A stretch of 64,000 nt of DNA from Candidatus Minusculum obligatum (GCA_045401155.1 CP174360.1:11072-75071), one strand, 5' to 3'; numbered from the stretch's first letter, positions 47,661-58,860 are shown. The notes: a model not told the origin generated them from the letters alone. Numbers and translations are program-made.

Positions 47661-49058
47661 TTACCTCCTCCAAAAAAACCATACAATAAATGTATATATA
47701 AGTAAAGTTACCCAAAATGGAAACACCGGGAGCACAATTGCAGCCCCGGGAACTTTAGAAACCACCTCAACCACATAAAGCGTATATGAAAGAAGTAGAT
47801 ACGCAGGATATCCGAATAAAACTCCCACACCAGGAATACCTCCAAAAATACCGGCAACAAGCGTGAAGAGCATTGCAAATGGAATGGTTGGCAACACTAA
47901 TAAATTTGCAGGCAATGCTGATATTGAAAATAGACCGGTTAAATATAGAAGCAGTGGAAACACTGCAATCTGCGTACCAATTGTCGCACCCACAATCTCT
48001 CGAAGACCAAATGTATTAGGCAAAAACATAAACAACTTCTCTATGTGTGGCGCAATATGTATAAGCCCTAATGTCGCGATAAAAGAAAGTTGAAATGAAG
48101 GATCATAGACAAGAATCAAAGGATTGAACAAAAGCATAATCACTCCAGCGATAATCAAGGCTCGCGTAAGTGCATACGTTCTCCTTGTCGCTCTCGCAAT
48201 AAGAGCTAAGGCTGCCATGATGCCTGCGCGAACAATCGTCGCCCCTGCACCAACAAGAATTACAAACAAACTAATCGTTACAATTCCAAGTCCAATTGAA
48301 ATTTTCTTAGGTAAAAATCCCAAGAATCGCATGATCGCCTCTGCAATTATCGTCACGTTGTACCCTGAGAGCACCACAATATGTATAAGACCTGTAACCT
48401 GAAATGCATGTAGCAGCACATCTCCTAAAGACTGCTTTGCGCCAACCGTAATACCTCCACCGAGAGCCGCATGCGGCTCCGGAATCGATTGCTGAATATT
48501 GTGCAAGAAAAAATGTTTGATACTAAACAACACACCACGAAACGAGAACGAACCATCCTTAACACGAGTAACATTCGCAAAAGAAACCGTATAAAAAATG
48601 TCATCTTTTGCTAAGTACGTATCGTAATGAAATATTCTTCCCGTATCTGTTTCAAATTTTTCTGGAGTTTTTAATACCCCTTCAACCAAAATGACGTCTC
48701 CAAAAGAAATATCAGAATATTTTTCTGTACTCACTAATACTTTTGTATCCTCATGCAACAATACAAACTTAACTGAATTTTCTCTCTCATCTATTTCAGA
48801 TATCACTTTTCCTTCTAAAGAAATATTTGTGCCGAGATACTCATGGAACACTTCCACCTTCTCTACATGAAGCGTTGTGTAAACCCCTCCAAAAGAAAGG
48901 CTTAGTAAGAATAATCCAGCAATAAAAAATCTTTTATAAAAAAGACAGCACACGAGCCCGAGCACAGCTATAAAACCGAAAATAAATACTGAAAAACCTC
49001 CAACAAGCAAACAAAAAATCCCGAGTATAAACCCGAGACTTATTGCATACACTTTCAT
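47661..49058 (-). CDS. comEC: ComEC competence membrane channel (no MBL domain)
   Basis: GLIHIVVLSGYNV, RAGIMA, SFQLSFIAT, NLLVLP. Confidence 0.92.
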   Translation of the reverse strand: MKVYAISLGFILGIFCLLVGGFSVFIFGFIAVLGLVCCLFYKRFFIAGLFLLSLSFGGVYTTLHVEKVEVFHEYLGTNISLEGKVISEIDERENSVKFVLLHEDTKVLVSTEKYSDISFGDVILVEGVLKTPEKFETDTGRIFHYDTYLAKDDIFYTVSFANVTRVKDGSFSFRGVLFSIKHFFLHNIQQSIPEPHAALGGGITVGAKQSLGDVLLHAFQVTGLIHIVVLSGYNVTIIAEAIMRFLGFLPKKISIGLGIVTISLFVILVGAGATIVRAGIMAALALIARATRRTYALTRALIIAGVIMLLFNPLILVYDPSFQLSFIATLGLIHIAPHIEKLFMFLPNTFGLREIVGATIGTQIAVFPLLLYLTGLFSISALPANLLVLPTIPFAMLFTLVAGIFGGIPGVGVLFGYPAYLLLSYTLYVVEVVSKVPGAAIVLPVFPFWVTLLIYTFIVWFFWRR

Positions 49059-49075
49059 ACTCAGCAGCTATAAAA

Positions 49076-49483
49076 TTATTCAGCTCCTCTATCCATTGCT
49101 TTATTAGCTAATGCATCTGCTTCTTTATTTTGCTCTCTCCGCACATGCTCGAATGAAACCTTTGTAAACTTTGGAAGCAAGTTCTGTACTTTTAAGTACT
49201 GCTTATACAGCTCAGCATCTTTAACTTTATACTCTCCAGTTAGCTGCCGCTGTGCAAGCTGGCTATCTAACCGAACAACAACTTCCACATTTCCACCTGA
49301 AATATCTAAAAGCTTTTCAAGACCAAGCACAATTGCCTCATACTCTGCCCAATTATTAGTCTGCGCTCCTAAAAATTCTGAAACTTCTCCAACAAGCTTC
49401 ATATCTGTATCAAAAATCGCTGCCCCCGCTCCTGCTGGCCCTGGATTACCCCTGGCTCCTCCGTCCGTATATACCGTATACAT
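49076..49483 (-). CDS. rnhA: Ribonuclease HI
   Basis: DGGARGNPG, TNNWAEY, DSQL, NKEADALAN. Confidence 0.93.
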   Translation of the reverse strand: MYTVYTDGGARGNPGPAGAGAAIFDTDMKLVGEVSEFLGAQTNNWAEYEAIVLGLEKLLDISGGNVEVVVRLDSQLAQRQLTGEYKVKDAELYKQYLKVQNLLPKFTKVSFEHVRREQNKEADALANKAMDRGAE

Positions 49484-49544
49484 ATGTAGGAGAGTATACC
49501 AGAAAGCGCCTTTCCCGGATTGGAAAGGCGCTTATTTCTCAACC

Positions 49545-49871
49545 TTAGAGAAAGCGAACACCGACTGAAACATCCTCGTGATGATCAGACGTCAAACGCG
49601 CGCGAAACGGATCGCCAGCGCGAGCCTTCTTCAGTTGTCCAGGAACGGGAACTACAATCTTTGCGTTCTCATAACCAGATTGAAGAAGATGCCACGCGGG
49701 ATATAGTGTCTCGCCACGAATATGCTTGATCAGTTCGTCCGCTCGCTCGCCAAGATTGGCTTCGAAGGACTCGCGACTGGAAACGGTAATTTTCAACCGC
49801 GCCCCTTGTGAATCTTTCGAAAACAACCCTAGCTTATTGCTAGGAACAAGTGTTGAAAGAACTGGAATCAT
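49545..49871 (-). CDS. Orphan protein (cassette)
   Basis: TTGACA-16-TACTGT, GGAGGAG SD, hairpin 49504-49533. Confidence 0.7.
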   Translation of the reverse strand: MIPVLSTLVPSNKLGLFSKDSQGARLKITVSSRESFEANLGERADELIKHIRGETLYPAWHLLQSGYENAKIVVPVPGQLKKARAGDPFRARLTSDHHEDVSVGVRFL

Positions 49872-49929
49872 TGGATCTCTCCTCCGATCTATCTCAAATG
49901 ACTGAAAGAAACAGTAACACTAAAACGTA

Positions 49930-51624
49930 TTATGTCAATATTTGTACCAAACGTAACCGTGGAACATGCTTGAACGTGTCATTTTCAACTGAAGCTAGGA
50001 GCGAAACAGACTCATTTGCTTTAAGTAACTTTGCAGAATCTCCCAAATCTCTCTTTGCGAAGAAGGCAACAGCCTCTCGTGGACCAAATACCGTATCAAA
50101 CACAGCCTTCACATGCTCCTTACTCTTCCCAAACCATGTAACTTCTTTAGGGACTACGTCTTTAAATAAAAATTGCGGTTGATCATTCCCAATACCAAAT
50201 GGCCCAAGCGCAGAAAGCTTCTTCACCAACGACCCATCTACCACATCAAGTGTAAGTTCCATATCTGCAGAGAGATTTTTCTCAAGTGCTTCACTTGGCA
50301 TATCTTCAAATGCATTTGAGAGCTTTTCTTCAATGGTATAAACCGCTTCCTCGTGTACTGAGAACCCTCCAGAGGCAGCGTGACCCCCAAATTCTACGAA
50401 CACATCTGTAGTACGTGTCATAAGCTCCACAAGATTTACATCCGCGCCAGTTCTACATGACCCTTTAATCAAATTATTCCCTTCGCGACCCCACAAAAAC
50501 ACCGGTCGCTCATACTCTTCTGCAACAGAATTTGCCACAAGCCCTAGCAGTGCCGGCCGCCAATCTGGATTCCCCATCACAATCACAGGAGACACCTCGT
50601 CCCGAACACTCATTTTCTTCTTTACCTCCTTTGTAATTGTCGCAACGGCTGTTTTTCTAGTGCGATTAATCTTTTCTAGATCAGCTGCGTACATTGCACC
50701 CTCTGCAACATCTCTTGTCGTAAGCATGTGAAAGGCCTGCATAGGCTCACCCATACGAGAAGCCGCATTAATACGTGGCCCGATCATAAACCCAATATCT
50801 CCTTCTACAATTGCGCGCTGATTTACCCGAATCTTACGAAGCAACTGCTGCAATCCTGGTCGTGGAGACCTACGAAGCACCACAAGTCCAAAGTGCGCAA
50901 GCGCATGATTCTCTCCCACAAGCGGCACCATGTCTGAAACGGTTGCAATGCCAACCATATCAAGTAGCCACTTCTCCCAGCCTTTTGGAATATCAAAATC
51001 TCCTTTAGCTAAAACTCCCTGCACCAATTTAAATGCAACCCCACACCCACAGAGCTCCTTAAATGGGTATGTCTGCCCCTCTAACTTTGGATTTAAAATC
51101 GTGAGTGCTGGAGGCAAACTCTCTTGTGGAAGATGGTGATCTGTCACAATCACATCAAATCCAAGAGAATTTGCATACTCAACTTCCTCTACATCTGTAA
51201 TACCTGAATCAACCGTAATGAGAAGTTTGCCACCTTTATCTGCAACCTCTTTGATTCCATCTTTATTCAATCCATAACCCTCATTGTGTCGGTGCGGAAT
51301 ATAGTTTTCAAAATTTGCACCAACTTTTTTTAGAAAATCATGCATTAGTACCCCTCCTGGAATACCATCGGTATCATAATCACTCCACACAATGATTTTC
51401 TCTCCTTCTTTAATTGCCTTGAGCACTCGATCCACCGCAACATCCATACCAAGCATGAGAAATGGATCATGTAGATCCCGCTCATAATCTGGATTAAGAA
51501 AAATTTCTGCCTCTTCTTTTGTTTTCACACCTCTATGAAAAAGAAGGTGCGCTGTAAAGTCATCATACGCTTCGAGCTCTTTCCTAATATCAGCCGGAAC
51601 AGGATCTTTTAAGGAGATTTTCAT
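49930..51624 (-). CDS. recJ: ssDNA exonuclease RecJ
   Basis: DYDTDG, TVDSG, TDHH, PRINAASR, GGHAASGG. Confidence 0.95.
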   Translation of the reverse strand: MKISLKDPVPADIRKELEAYDDFTAHLLFHRGVKTKEEAEIFLNPDYERDLHDPFLMLGMDVAVDRVLKAIKEGEKIIVWSDYDTDGIPGGVLMHDFLKKVGANFENYIPHRHNEGYGLNKDGIKEVADKGGKLLITVDSGITDVEEVEYANSLGFDVIVTDHHLPQESLPPALTILNPKLEGQTYPFKELCGCGVAFKLVQGVLAKGDFDIPKGWEKWLLDMVGIATVSDMVPLVGENHALAHFGLVVLRRSPRPGLQQLLRKIRVNQRAIVEGDIGFMIGPRINAASRMGEPMQAFHMLTTRDVAEGAMYAADLEKINRTRKTAVATITKEVKKKMSVRDEVSPVIVMGNPDWRPALLGLVANSVAEEYERPVFLWGREGNNLIKGSCRTGADVNLVELMTRTTDVFVEFGGHAASGGFSVHEEAVYTIEEKLSNAFEDMPSEALEKNLSADMELTLDVVDGSLVKKLSALGPFGIGNDQPQFLFKDVVPKEVTWFGKSKEHVKAVFDTVFGPREAVAFFAKRDLGDSAKLLKANESVSLLASVENDTFKHVPRLRLVQILT

Positions 51625-51653
51625 GTGAGAAGATTCTAGCATATAGTGTATCT

Positions 51654-51968
51654 ATGACTGAAAAAACTATTTTCGAGAAAGTGGTCGATCGAGAGCTTCC
51701 AGGAACCTTTATATATGAGGATGACAACTATGCTGTCATTAAAAATATCCACCCTGAAGCACCTATTCACTACCTCGCAATCCCAAAAACTGCAGTACCT
51801 GCAATAGATAAACTTGAAGAAAAAGATCTCCATATCCCAGGAGACCTTATTAAAATTGCCAAAAAAGTAATTGTAGATGAAAAGATAAAAAACTTCAGAC
51901 TTGTATTTAATGGAGGGAAACACCTACACCTTCCAAATCACCTGCACCTACACATCCTTGGAGACTAG
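51654..51968 (+). CDS. HIT-family hydrolase
   Basis: TIFEK, P.APIH.LAIPK, HLHLHILG. Confidence 0.92.
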   Translation: MTEKTIFEKVVDRELPGTFIYEDDNYAVIKNIHPEAPIHYLAIPKTAVPAIDKLEEKDLHIPGDLIKIAKKVIVDEKIKNFRLVFNGGKHLHLPNHLHLHILGD

Positions 51969-53083
51969 TTGAGCGCCTCAATTCCAGGCAATGTGCCGTG
52001 TGTTAGAAACTCGAGCATGGCCCCTCCCCCTGTAGAAATAAATGAGAAGCGCTCTTCAACGTGCAGCTGCTCAATTGAAGCAACCGTATCTCCACCACCA
52101 ACAACTGCGTGCGTATTAACACCTGCAATTGCGAGCGCAAGATCTTTTGTTGCCTCAGCATATCCATGCTCATAGTATCCAAGTGGCCCATTCCAAAGAA
52201 TACTTTTTGCATCTTCAATATACTCACGCAACACTTCAATTGTTCTTGGTCCTGCATCTACGATCATGTCATCTTTCTCGATCTCAGAGAGTTCACGAAC
52301 ACCTCCCCCTGAAGCAGATGAGACGATGGCGTCAACCGGACCGATAATCCGAGCATCTTTTGCGATCTCAGAAAGGGAGTGCGCCTTTTGAGATGTAATA
52401 GACTTTCCAATCTCATACCCACGAGCCTTAAGGAGATCGTTCCCCAGTGCACCACCGATAAAAATACGATCATATGTGCCAAGCAGCTTCTCAATAAGCG
52501 GTTCCTTTGTCGCAAACTTTGCTCCACCAATAAGGGCAAGCGATGGCTTTTTGGGACGAAGCGCATCTTGAAGTTCTCTAATCTCTGCCTCAAGAAGCTT
52601 TCCTCCATAAGAAGGTAAAAACTGTGGAACTCCAACAATCGAAGCATGATTTCTATGACATGTATCAAATGCATCTTGCACAAAAACATCAGCAAGAGAC
52701 GCGAGCTCCTTTGCAAAGGTAATATCATTCTCTATCTCTCCCTTATTGCGACGAACATTCTCAAGCACGAGCACTTCTCCAGGCGTGAGTGTCCTAATTC
52801 TCTCCCGAACAGCACTTCCGCACACGTGTTCAGATAAAGAAACGGGAGCTATTTGTGTACGAAGATACTCATACACTGGTTTAATGGTTGCAAATGGATC
52901 TCTTCCTATGTGCCCAATAACAATCACACGTGCACCGTGCTCTTGCAGGTACTTAACCGTACTAATTGCACGACGTAGTCGAAATGTACTTGAAGGCTTC
53001 CCGTCTACAAGTGGCACATTCAGCCCAAGCCGTACAAGCACAGGAACATTTTCAAGAAATGGAATGTCTTCTAGTGTCTTCAT
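51965..53083 (-). CDS. pgk: Phosphoglycerate kinase
   Basis: LNVP, LENVR, WNGPLG, GGGDT, STGGGAMLE. Confidence 0.95.
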   Translation of the reverse strand: MKTLEDIPFLENVPVLVRLGLNVPLVDGKPSSTFRLRRAISTVKYLQEHGARVIVIGHIGRDPFATIKPVYEYLRTQIAPVSLSEHVCGSAVRERIRTLTPGEVLVLENVRRNKGEIENDITFAKELASLADVFVQDAFDTCHRNHASIVGVPQFLPSYGGKLLEAEIRELQDALRPKKPSLALIGGAKFATKEPLIEKLLGTYDRIFIGGALGNDLLKARGYEIGKSITSQKAHSLSEIAKDARIIGPVDAIVSSASGGGVRELSEIEKDDMIVDAGPRTIEVLREYIEDAKSILWNGPLGYYEHGYAEATKDLALAIAGVNTHAVVGGGDTVASIEQLHVEERFSFISTGGGAMLEFLTHGTLPGIEALN

Positions 53084-53808
53084 GCATCAATAGCTTTTAT
53101 TAGCGCAGTGAGAGAGTCTTTGTTTGTACTTGCGCGCCCTGGCAAAAATCCATCTACACCAGGAACCATGAGTGAGGAAACATTTTCAGGATTAACAGAT
53201 CCTCCATAAAGAATCTTTATTGCCTTTAATGCCTTCTCTCCAACATGCTCCATCAATACTTTTTTAATAAAGAGCACCATCTCTTCTAGATGATCTGGGG
53301 TGATTGCAGCATCTTTTCCAATTGCCCAGATTGGCTCATATGCAATAACAATATTTTTAAAATCTGCATCTTTTACACCCTTAAGCGCAGATACAATCTG
53401 CTCTGTAATAAATGAAAGGTAGTTTGCATGCATGTCTCGCTCCTCCTCCCCAACACACAACACAACCTTCAATCGTGCAGCAAGCGCATGCTGCACTTTT
53501 GTTGCAACGATACTGTCTGTCTCTCCTCCTGCTCGCCGCTCTGAGTGCCCCAAGATCACATGACTTGCACCAGCGTTTGCAACCACATATGCAGAAACCT
53601 CTCCTGTATGTGCTCCTGTTTCAAAAATAGAAATATCTTGCGCAGCAAATGAAACCTTGTGCTTTTTGTCCGCAACCATACCAAGATGTACAAATGATGG
53701 TGCAAGGATAATGGAGTGTTTTGTCTCTATTTTATCTGCAGCACGCACCACAGAGAGCATGTCATCCTTACTACTAAGATAGCTTTTGAAATTTCCAACG
53801 ATAATCAT
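53080..53808 (-). CDS. tpiA: Triosephosphate isomerase
   Basis: GNFK, GHSERR, AYEPIWAIG, YGGSV. Confidence 0.96.
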   Translation of the reverse strand: MIIVGNFKSYLSSKDDMLSVVRAADKIETKHSIILAPSFVHLGMVADKKHKVSFAAQDISIFETGAHTGEVSAYVVANAGASHVILGHSERRAGGETDSIVATKVQHALAARLKVVLCVGEEERDMHANYLSFITEQIVSALKGVKDADFKNIVIAYEPIWAIGKDAAITPDHLEEMVLFIKKVLMEHVGEKALKAIKILYGGSVNPENVSSLMVPGVDGFLPGRASTNKDSLTALIKAIDA

Positions 53809-53825
53809 GCCTTTATCCTAGCACG

Positions 53826-55247
53826 CTAGTCTTCTCGCCACTCAACAAATTGATAGTCTGGAGATGCTGTTGGCGTAAATGGAGGCGGATCAGTTGCAAG
53901 GTCTCGATCGTAGTTATTTACACGGTTTTGATACCCTGAGCTATAACACCCGGTACCATCTCCCCACTTCGTACCCACACGTCCATTTGAAATAATAGAC
54001 CCAAGCATGGTGAGCGTGTCTCTAAGCTGGTAGGCACCTGAAAAACAGTCATATCTATTGCGTCCAAAGTACCCTTCCTGCGCAACCAAAATTGCTTGAA
54101 TATCTAGATCGTCTGGAGAAACAGGAGATACGTGAATATCACCCTCTGCAAGAATTGTAAGACCATCCTCTCCCCCTCCATTTAAATACTCAATATCATC
54201 TTCAATAATCACCTTTGGCTCATACCCCGCATGCGTTGTATCTGCTGCAACAAGTGTCACCTTCCCTGAGACAACTCCTGACACCCACACACGATCTCCT
54301 ATATAAATAAGTCCGCAATCCTCTGGAATGTCGTAATTTCCAACAAACCGTGTATTGCTTCCTCCTCGTGGCTCATAGTAATCGCGCTCATAATCTCCAC
54401 TATCAATATGAACACCCCAGTACCAATTTGAGCGACGCACTCGATAAATATCTACACTACGATCATTTTTAAATACCAATTTATATCCTCGACCCTCCAC
54501 AGAATGCCCACCATATGTAGAGAAGTGAATTCCATCTGCAATCGCAAGAGAACGCAGGTCTGCATAATCTTGTGCAATGCCCGAGAAATCAAATTGTGCA
54601 GCAGGATACTCCCAAAGATCTTGATCACTTCCATCTCCAAACACTCCTGGTGTCGTAGATGCGGGGGAGCATCCAAAACTACTCGTACAAGTCCATGTAT
54701 CAACCGCACTTGTCACCTCTGAATTACTTGTACCGTCAAAACGAATACCGCCATTAGCGTGGTACGCTCCTGAGATCTGGCGATCATCTCCTACCCAAAC
54801 GTTGTCATCTACAATATACGCAAACTCCGCAACAGATGGCTGCGCATATCGCCCCGTAACGGTTGCCCTAACCGTCGGTGCTTCATCACTCCATCCTGTT
54901 GAAGAAATATCTATAGAGGTAATAGCTCCACACTGCTCATTTCCTTCAATATCTAAAGAAAATGTTCCTGAGACATCACCCTCCGAATCTTCATAGTCAA
55001 CCTCATACGGCCCTGCACCTCCTGTACCATGCTGTGTGTCATCTGGATTATGTGCCAGATACCACTTGTAGTACTCAAGGCCAGCCTCAGCGATACCGCG
55101 CGCTTGCGCCTTGTGCATACGCGCACGCTCAGCATCCTGTTCAACCAACACGCGTCCTGAAAGAGCCGAGACCGCAAATACAAAAATACCTCCAAAGACA
55201 ATTACGAGAAGTGTGGTGTATCCGCGATTTCTTTTTTTAAAAAACAT
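53826..55247 (-). CDS. PilX-like minor pilin/tip protein
   Basis: Class III-like signal KRNRG|YTTLLVIVF, IAEAGLEY. Confidence 0.75.
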   Translation of the reverse strand: MFFKKRNRGYTTLLVIVFGGIFVFAVSALSGRVLVEQDAERARMHKAQARGIAEAGLEYYKWYLAHNPDDTQHGTGGAGPYEVDYEDSEGDVSGTFSLDIEGNEQCGAITSIDISSTGWSDEAPTVRATVTGRYAQPSVAEFAYIVDDNVWVGDDRQISGAYHANGGIRFDGTSNSEVTSAVDTWTCTSSFGCSPASTTPGVFGDGSDQDLWEYPAAQFDFSGIAQDYADLRSLAIADGIHFSTYGGHSVEGRGYKLVFKNDRSVDIYRVRRSNWYWGVHIDSGDYERDYYEPRGGSNTRFVGNYDIPEDCGLIYIGDRVWVSGVVSGKVTLVAADTTHAGYEPKVIIEDDIEYLNGGGEDGLTILAEGDIHVSPVSPDDLDIQAILVAQEGYFGRNRYDCFSGAYQLRDTLTMLGSIISNGRVGTKWGDGTGCYSSGYQNRVNNYDRDLATDPPPFTPTASPDYQFVEWRED

Positions 55248-55248
55248 A

Positions 55249-55830
55249 TTACTCAACTCGAAGATTACGCAGCGTTGCACTTGAAGTAAGTGTAAACTCT
55301 TCCGGCGCACGCGTTGGATTTACATTCACAATAATGGTTGCGGTCACAAACTTAATATCAAGTGGTGATGGAGAACTTGAAAGCTCATTTCCATCTATAT
55401 CAAAATACTGAAACACGTTTTGTACGAAGATTGCATTGCGTACATTGTCCGAAATAATCTCTGACGTCTCTTGCCCACTGTATGTGGGAGGAGTTCCTGT
55501 AGCTTGGAGCGTATACCGAGTAAGCACTTCACTTGCAAGGTCATAACGGACACGCTCCACGGAATTGTCTTTGTCTACATCCGCATAAAATGTAATTGAG
55601 TTCGGGCCAGCAGATGCAATCGCAAATGATCCATCTGCCGCAACGGTTGCCTCCCGCAAATCCTTCATCGCATTTTCAATACCACGGCGCGCACTACTAA
55701 TCGCAGCTGATTGCTCAAGTACGTTTGCATTTGTTCTATAGAAAAAAACAATCACCATGCTGAGTGCCAAAAGTGCGACACTCATAAGTGAAATTGTAAC
55801 GACTGTTTCAATGAGCGAGAATCCTCTCAT
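55249..55830 (-). CDS. Minor pilin (prepilin N-methylation domain)
   Basis: MRG|FSLIETVV. Confidence 0.88.
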   Translation of the reverse strand: MRGFSLIETVVTISLMSVALLALSMVIVFFYRTNANVLEQSAAISSARRGIENAMKDLREATVAADGSFAIASAGPNSITFYADVDKDNSVERVRYDLASEVLTRYTLQATGTPPTYSGQETSEIISDNVRNAIFVQNVFQYFDIDGNELSSSPSPLDIKFVTATIIVNVNPTRAPEEFTLTSSATLRNLRVE

Positions 55831-55849
55831 GCACTAACTGTAGCACGCG

Positions 55850-57586
55850 CTAACTTGCAATAAGCACAACAGAAACAGCTGTGTCTCCATCTACATCAAC
55901 ATCTTGTACAAGCTCTGTTGTATACCCACTCTTACTTACACTCAAATCGTAGTCTGCAAAATTTCCAAGGCTTCCAAAATACCCTTGCCCGCAAGAGCTT
56001 GTCACATCTTGCTCAGAGTACCCCGTACGTGTAAGAGAAAGTGTCGCCCCCTCAATAAGCGCATTAAAATCATCTCGCACTTCAACACGAAGAGAGTGTG
56101 TGCTTGCATCCTCAAGGTACACATCAATCTCTCCTGCTGTGTTTGGATTTATAGAAAGATCATCGGTGTCACAAATTGCAGCAATGTCATACCCGCTCAC
56201 AGAAAACGCATACGCATCCCACTCAATATTTAAAACTTCATTCCATCCTGCAGACCCTGTCGCCGCATCTATGTCGTGCTTTACAATTGGATCACCTCCA
56301 CTATCTTCTCCAATTGTTTTACTTCCAAGTAAATTAAATGAAACATTTGGAATTGGAATTGGTCCTTCATCAAACACAATCCGCCACGCATCGATCTCTG
56401 GAGTAGTACTTGTATCATTTGTCTCAAGAGACGCTTCTACGTAGATAGTGTCGTACGTAGTTGTAGCAAGACTTGAAAGGTCTACAACACTTGCAGAAAA
56501 TCCAGATGCATTTCCTGGAAGATCTACATCCGGAATCATTATGGGAGACCCGGCAACGTCATAGAAAAATTGATACGACACTGATGTGCCTGCAGGCAAT
56601 GTTGATGTTGCTTGGAAAAACTTCCAGCTTGAAAGATACGTCGGTGCTGTTGACGTACTCTGCGCGACACCTGCTGCATCGTAGACCCCCTCTGTACTGG
56701 TAAGCACAAGATTGCCTCCTGTAACTTCTGTACTGCTTGCAGATTCAATCTTGCTTCCATTTACAAATGTGTCTTCTACGTAGTTCTCCTCAATAGGACT
56801 CCATGTATTTACACGCAAACTAGAAAGCACATCGATTGCAAATGTATTTTGTGTCGTCTCTGCCTCAACAACCGTTAGGTGCCCTGGGTCTGGGATCACA
56901 TTCTCTGAATCAAGATCGTATGTTTGCGCACTTGAGTACCCCGTCTTTGAGATGGTTACCCGGTACCCTGTTGAAGTCGCAGCTCCTGGCAAAAACACAT
57001 ATCCTCCACTTCCTGTAAAAGTTGTAAGATCTACAACCGGACTTGTATTTGGATTTTGTATACGAACTTGTGCTGATGAAACAGGAGACCCCACCGCATC
57101 AATCACATTCACACGAAGGTTTCCTCCTCCCTCGGTTGTTTCAATTCCTTTTGGAGTCCTATTAGATACCAATGAAACACTCTCCTGCTGTCCGGCAACC
57201 GTGTATGACACCTCTACTTTTATTTTTTTATAATCTGTAATAATTCCGGTCGCATCAGCACCATCTAATCCATCTGCCGGGTCATCTATGTATTGAATGA
57301 AGGTGCGTACTGTGTAATCTCGACCATTTAACACTCGATCTATCTCTGGCTCGACAACTCCAGCTGGAATACCACCAACCGTTCCAGTATTTGCATACGT
57401 CACAGAACGCACGTACTCCATCTGCTCAGTTGCAAGTGCAGTTGCTCCCGCACGAGCCTTTGAGTGTGCAACAAGTGCGATTGACGCGCGAAACATTCCG
57501 AAGAGCGCCATGAAAATTACAAGTAGGAGCGCAACACCAACTACCACATCTACAAGTGAGAGTCCTCTGGTGTACATTTTCTTCAT
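55850..57586 (-). CDS. Large minor pilin-like protein with carboxypeptidase-regulatory-like beta domains
   Basis: RG|LSLVDVVV signal; repeated ISKTGY / VSKSGY motifs. Confidence 0.75.
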   Translation of the reverse strand: MKKMYTRGLSLVDVVVGVALLLVIFMALFGMFRASIALVAHSKARAGATALATEQMEYVRSVTYANTGTVGGIPAGVVEPEIDRVLNGRDYTVRTFIQYIDDPADGLDGADATGIITDYKKIKVEVSYTVAGQQESVSLVSNRTPKGIETTEGGGNLRVNVIDAVGSPVSSAQVRIQNPNTSPVVDLTTFTGSGGYVFLPGAATSTGYRVTISKTGYSSAQTYDLDSENVIPDPGHLTVVEAETTQNTFAIDVLSSLRVNTWSPIEENYVEDTFVNGSKIESASSTEVTGGNLVLTSTEGVYDAAGVAQSTSTAPTYLSSWKFFQATSTLPAGTSVSYQFFYDVAGSPIMIPDVDLPGNASGFSASVVDLSSLATTTYDTIYVEASLETNDTSTTPEIDAWRIVFDEGPIPIPNVSFNLLGSKTIGEDSGGDPIVKHDIDAATGSAGWNEVLNIEWDAYAFSVSGYDIAAICDTDDLSINPNTAGEIDVYLEDASTHSLRVEVRDDFNALIEGATLSLTRTGYSEQDVTSSCGQGYFGSLGNFADYDLSVSKSGYTTELVQDVDVDGDTAVSVVLIAS

Positions 57587-57587
57587 A

Positions 57588-58796
57588 CTAAATACTGTCT
57601 GTGATTGAGTAGATTGGCGCAATCATCGCAAGCGCGAAGACTCCTACTACTCCTGCAATCAAGATCATCAACAGCGGCTCAACAATTGTTGAAAGATCTT
57701 TTGTTTTTTGCTCGACCTCTGTTTCGTAAAACTCTGCAACCTCAAGCAACATATCTGATACCGCTCCTGTCTCTTCTCCAACCGCAATCATATCTCCCAT
57801 CAATACCGGATAGAGCTCAAGATGATCCATGAAACTCTTTGAAAGCGCTTCTCCTTTTTTCACGTGCTCGTGTGACTCTTTAAAAATCTTTCGATAACTT
57901 GGATGTCCAATAACTTCTTCTGAAATCTCAAGTGCGTGAAGCATCTCAACTCCTGATGCAAGAAGTGAAGAAAGTGTACGGGCAGTTCGTGCGGTGTATG
58001 TCTCTTTCACAATCGCGCCAACTACAGGAAGACGAAGTGTAACCGCTCCAAAAATTTTAGACCCCCGCTCACTCTTAAGTGCGTAGTACACAGCCGCAGC
58101 AAATGCAATGAACGCAGCAAGCACTAACAAGAAATTGTTCTGCAAGAAATCACTACTTGAAACAATTGCTTGCGTCGCAGCTGGAAGCTCCACCCCGAGC
58201 TCCTCAAACGTACTGGTAAGTGTCGGTACCACAAACAAAAGCATCAAAATTGTGATGATAAAAATCGCAATCAAAATAATTGAAGGATAGATCATCGCAC
58301 TCTTCACCTTCTTCACAAGTGTATGAGATCGCTCCATCTGCTTCCCAATAACAAGAAGTGCTTCATGTAGTGTTCCACTCTCCTCTCCCGCCTTCACCAT
58401 GGATACAAAAAGTTTTGAGAAAATTTTTGGATGCTTTGCCATCGCCTCGTGAAGCCCCATTCCTTTTGAAACATCATTTCCAATTTCTTGGAGCACCTGC
58501 TTTAAGAGTGGGTTCTTACTCTGTCGCTCAAGCACAGAGAGTGCACGAGATACAGAAAGACCAGCTTTGAGCATAGCCGCTAATGTGCGTGTCAGCACAA
58601 TCTTCTCCTCCATCTTTACCGCGCCAAGGAAACTACGTAGTTTATTTAAAAGACCAGCACCTTGTTCTTTAATAGAAAGTACGGTGCCGCCCTCTGCCCC
58701 AACTTGCGCATAGACATCTGCCCTTGTTTCTCCTTCGACAACTCCAGAGTACTCGCTTCCATCTGCACGCTGCGCTTTATACGAAAACTTTTTCAC
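57588..58796 (-). CDS. pilC: Type IV pilus platform protein PilC (GspF family)
   Basis: AGEESGTL, AMIYP, VGEETG, EPLLM. Confidence 0.93.
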   Translation of the reverse strand: MKKFSYKAQRADGSEYSGVVEGETRADVYAQVGAEGGTVLSIKEQGAGLLNKLRSFLGAVKMEEKIVLTRTLAAMLKAGLSVSRALSVLERQSKNPLLKQVLQEIGNDVSKGMGLHEAMAKHPKIFSKLFVSMVKAGEESGTLHEALLVIGKQMERSHTLVKKVKSAMIYPSIILIAIFIITILMLLFVVPTLTSTFEELGVELPAATQAIVSSSDFLQNNFLLVLAAFIAFAAAVYYALKSERGSKIFGAVTLRLPVVGAIVKETYTARTARTLSSLLASGVEMLHALEISEEVIGHPSYRKIFKESHEHVKKGEALSKSFMDHLELYPVLMGDMIAVGEETGAVSDMLLEVAEFYETEVEQKTKDLSTIVEPLLMILIAGVVGVFALAMIAPIYSITDSI

Positions 58797-58860
58797 TACT
58801 TAAATGTAGCACGCAAAAGAAAAGCCCCGTCGCGATTCCACGCGACGGGACAAAACGTGA

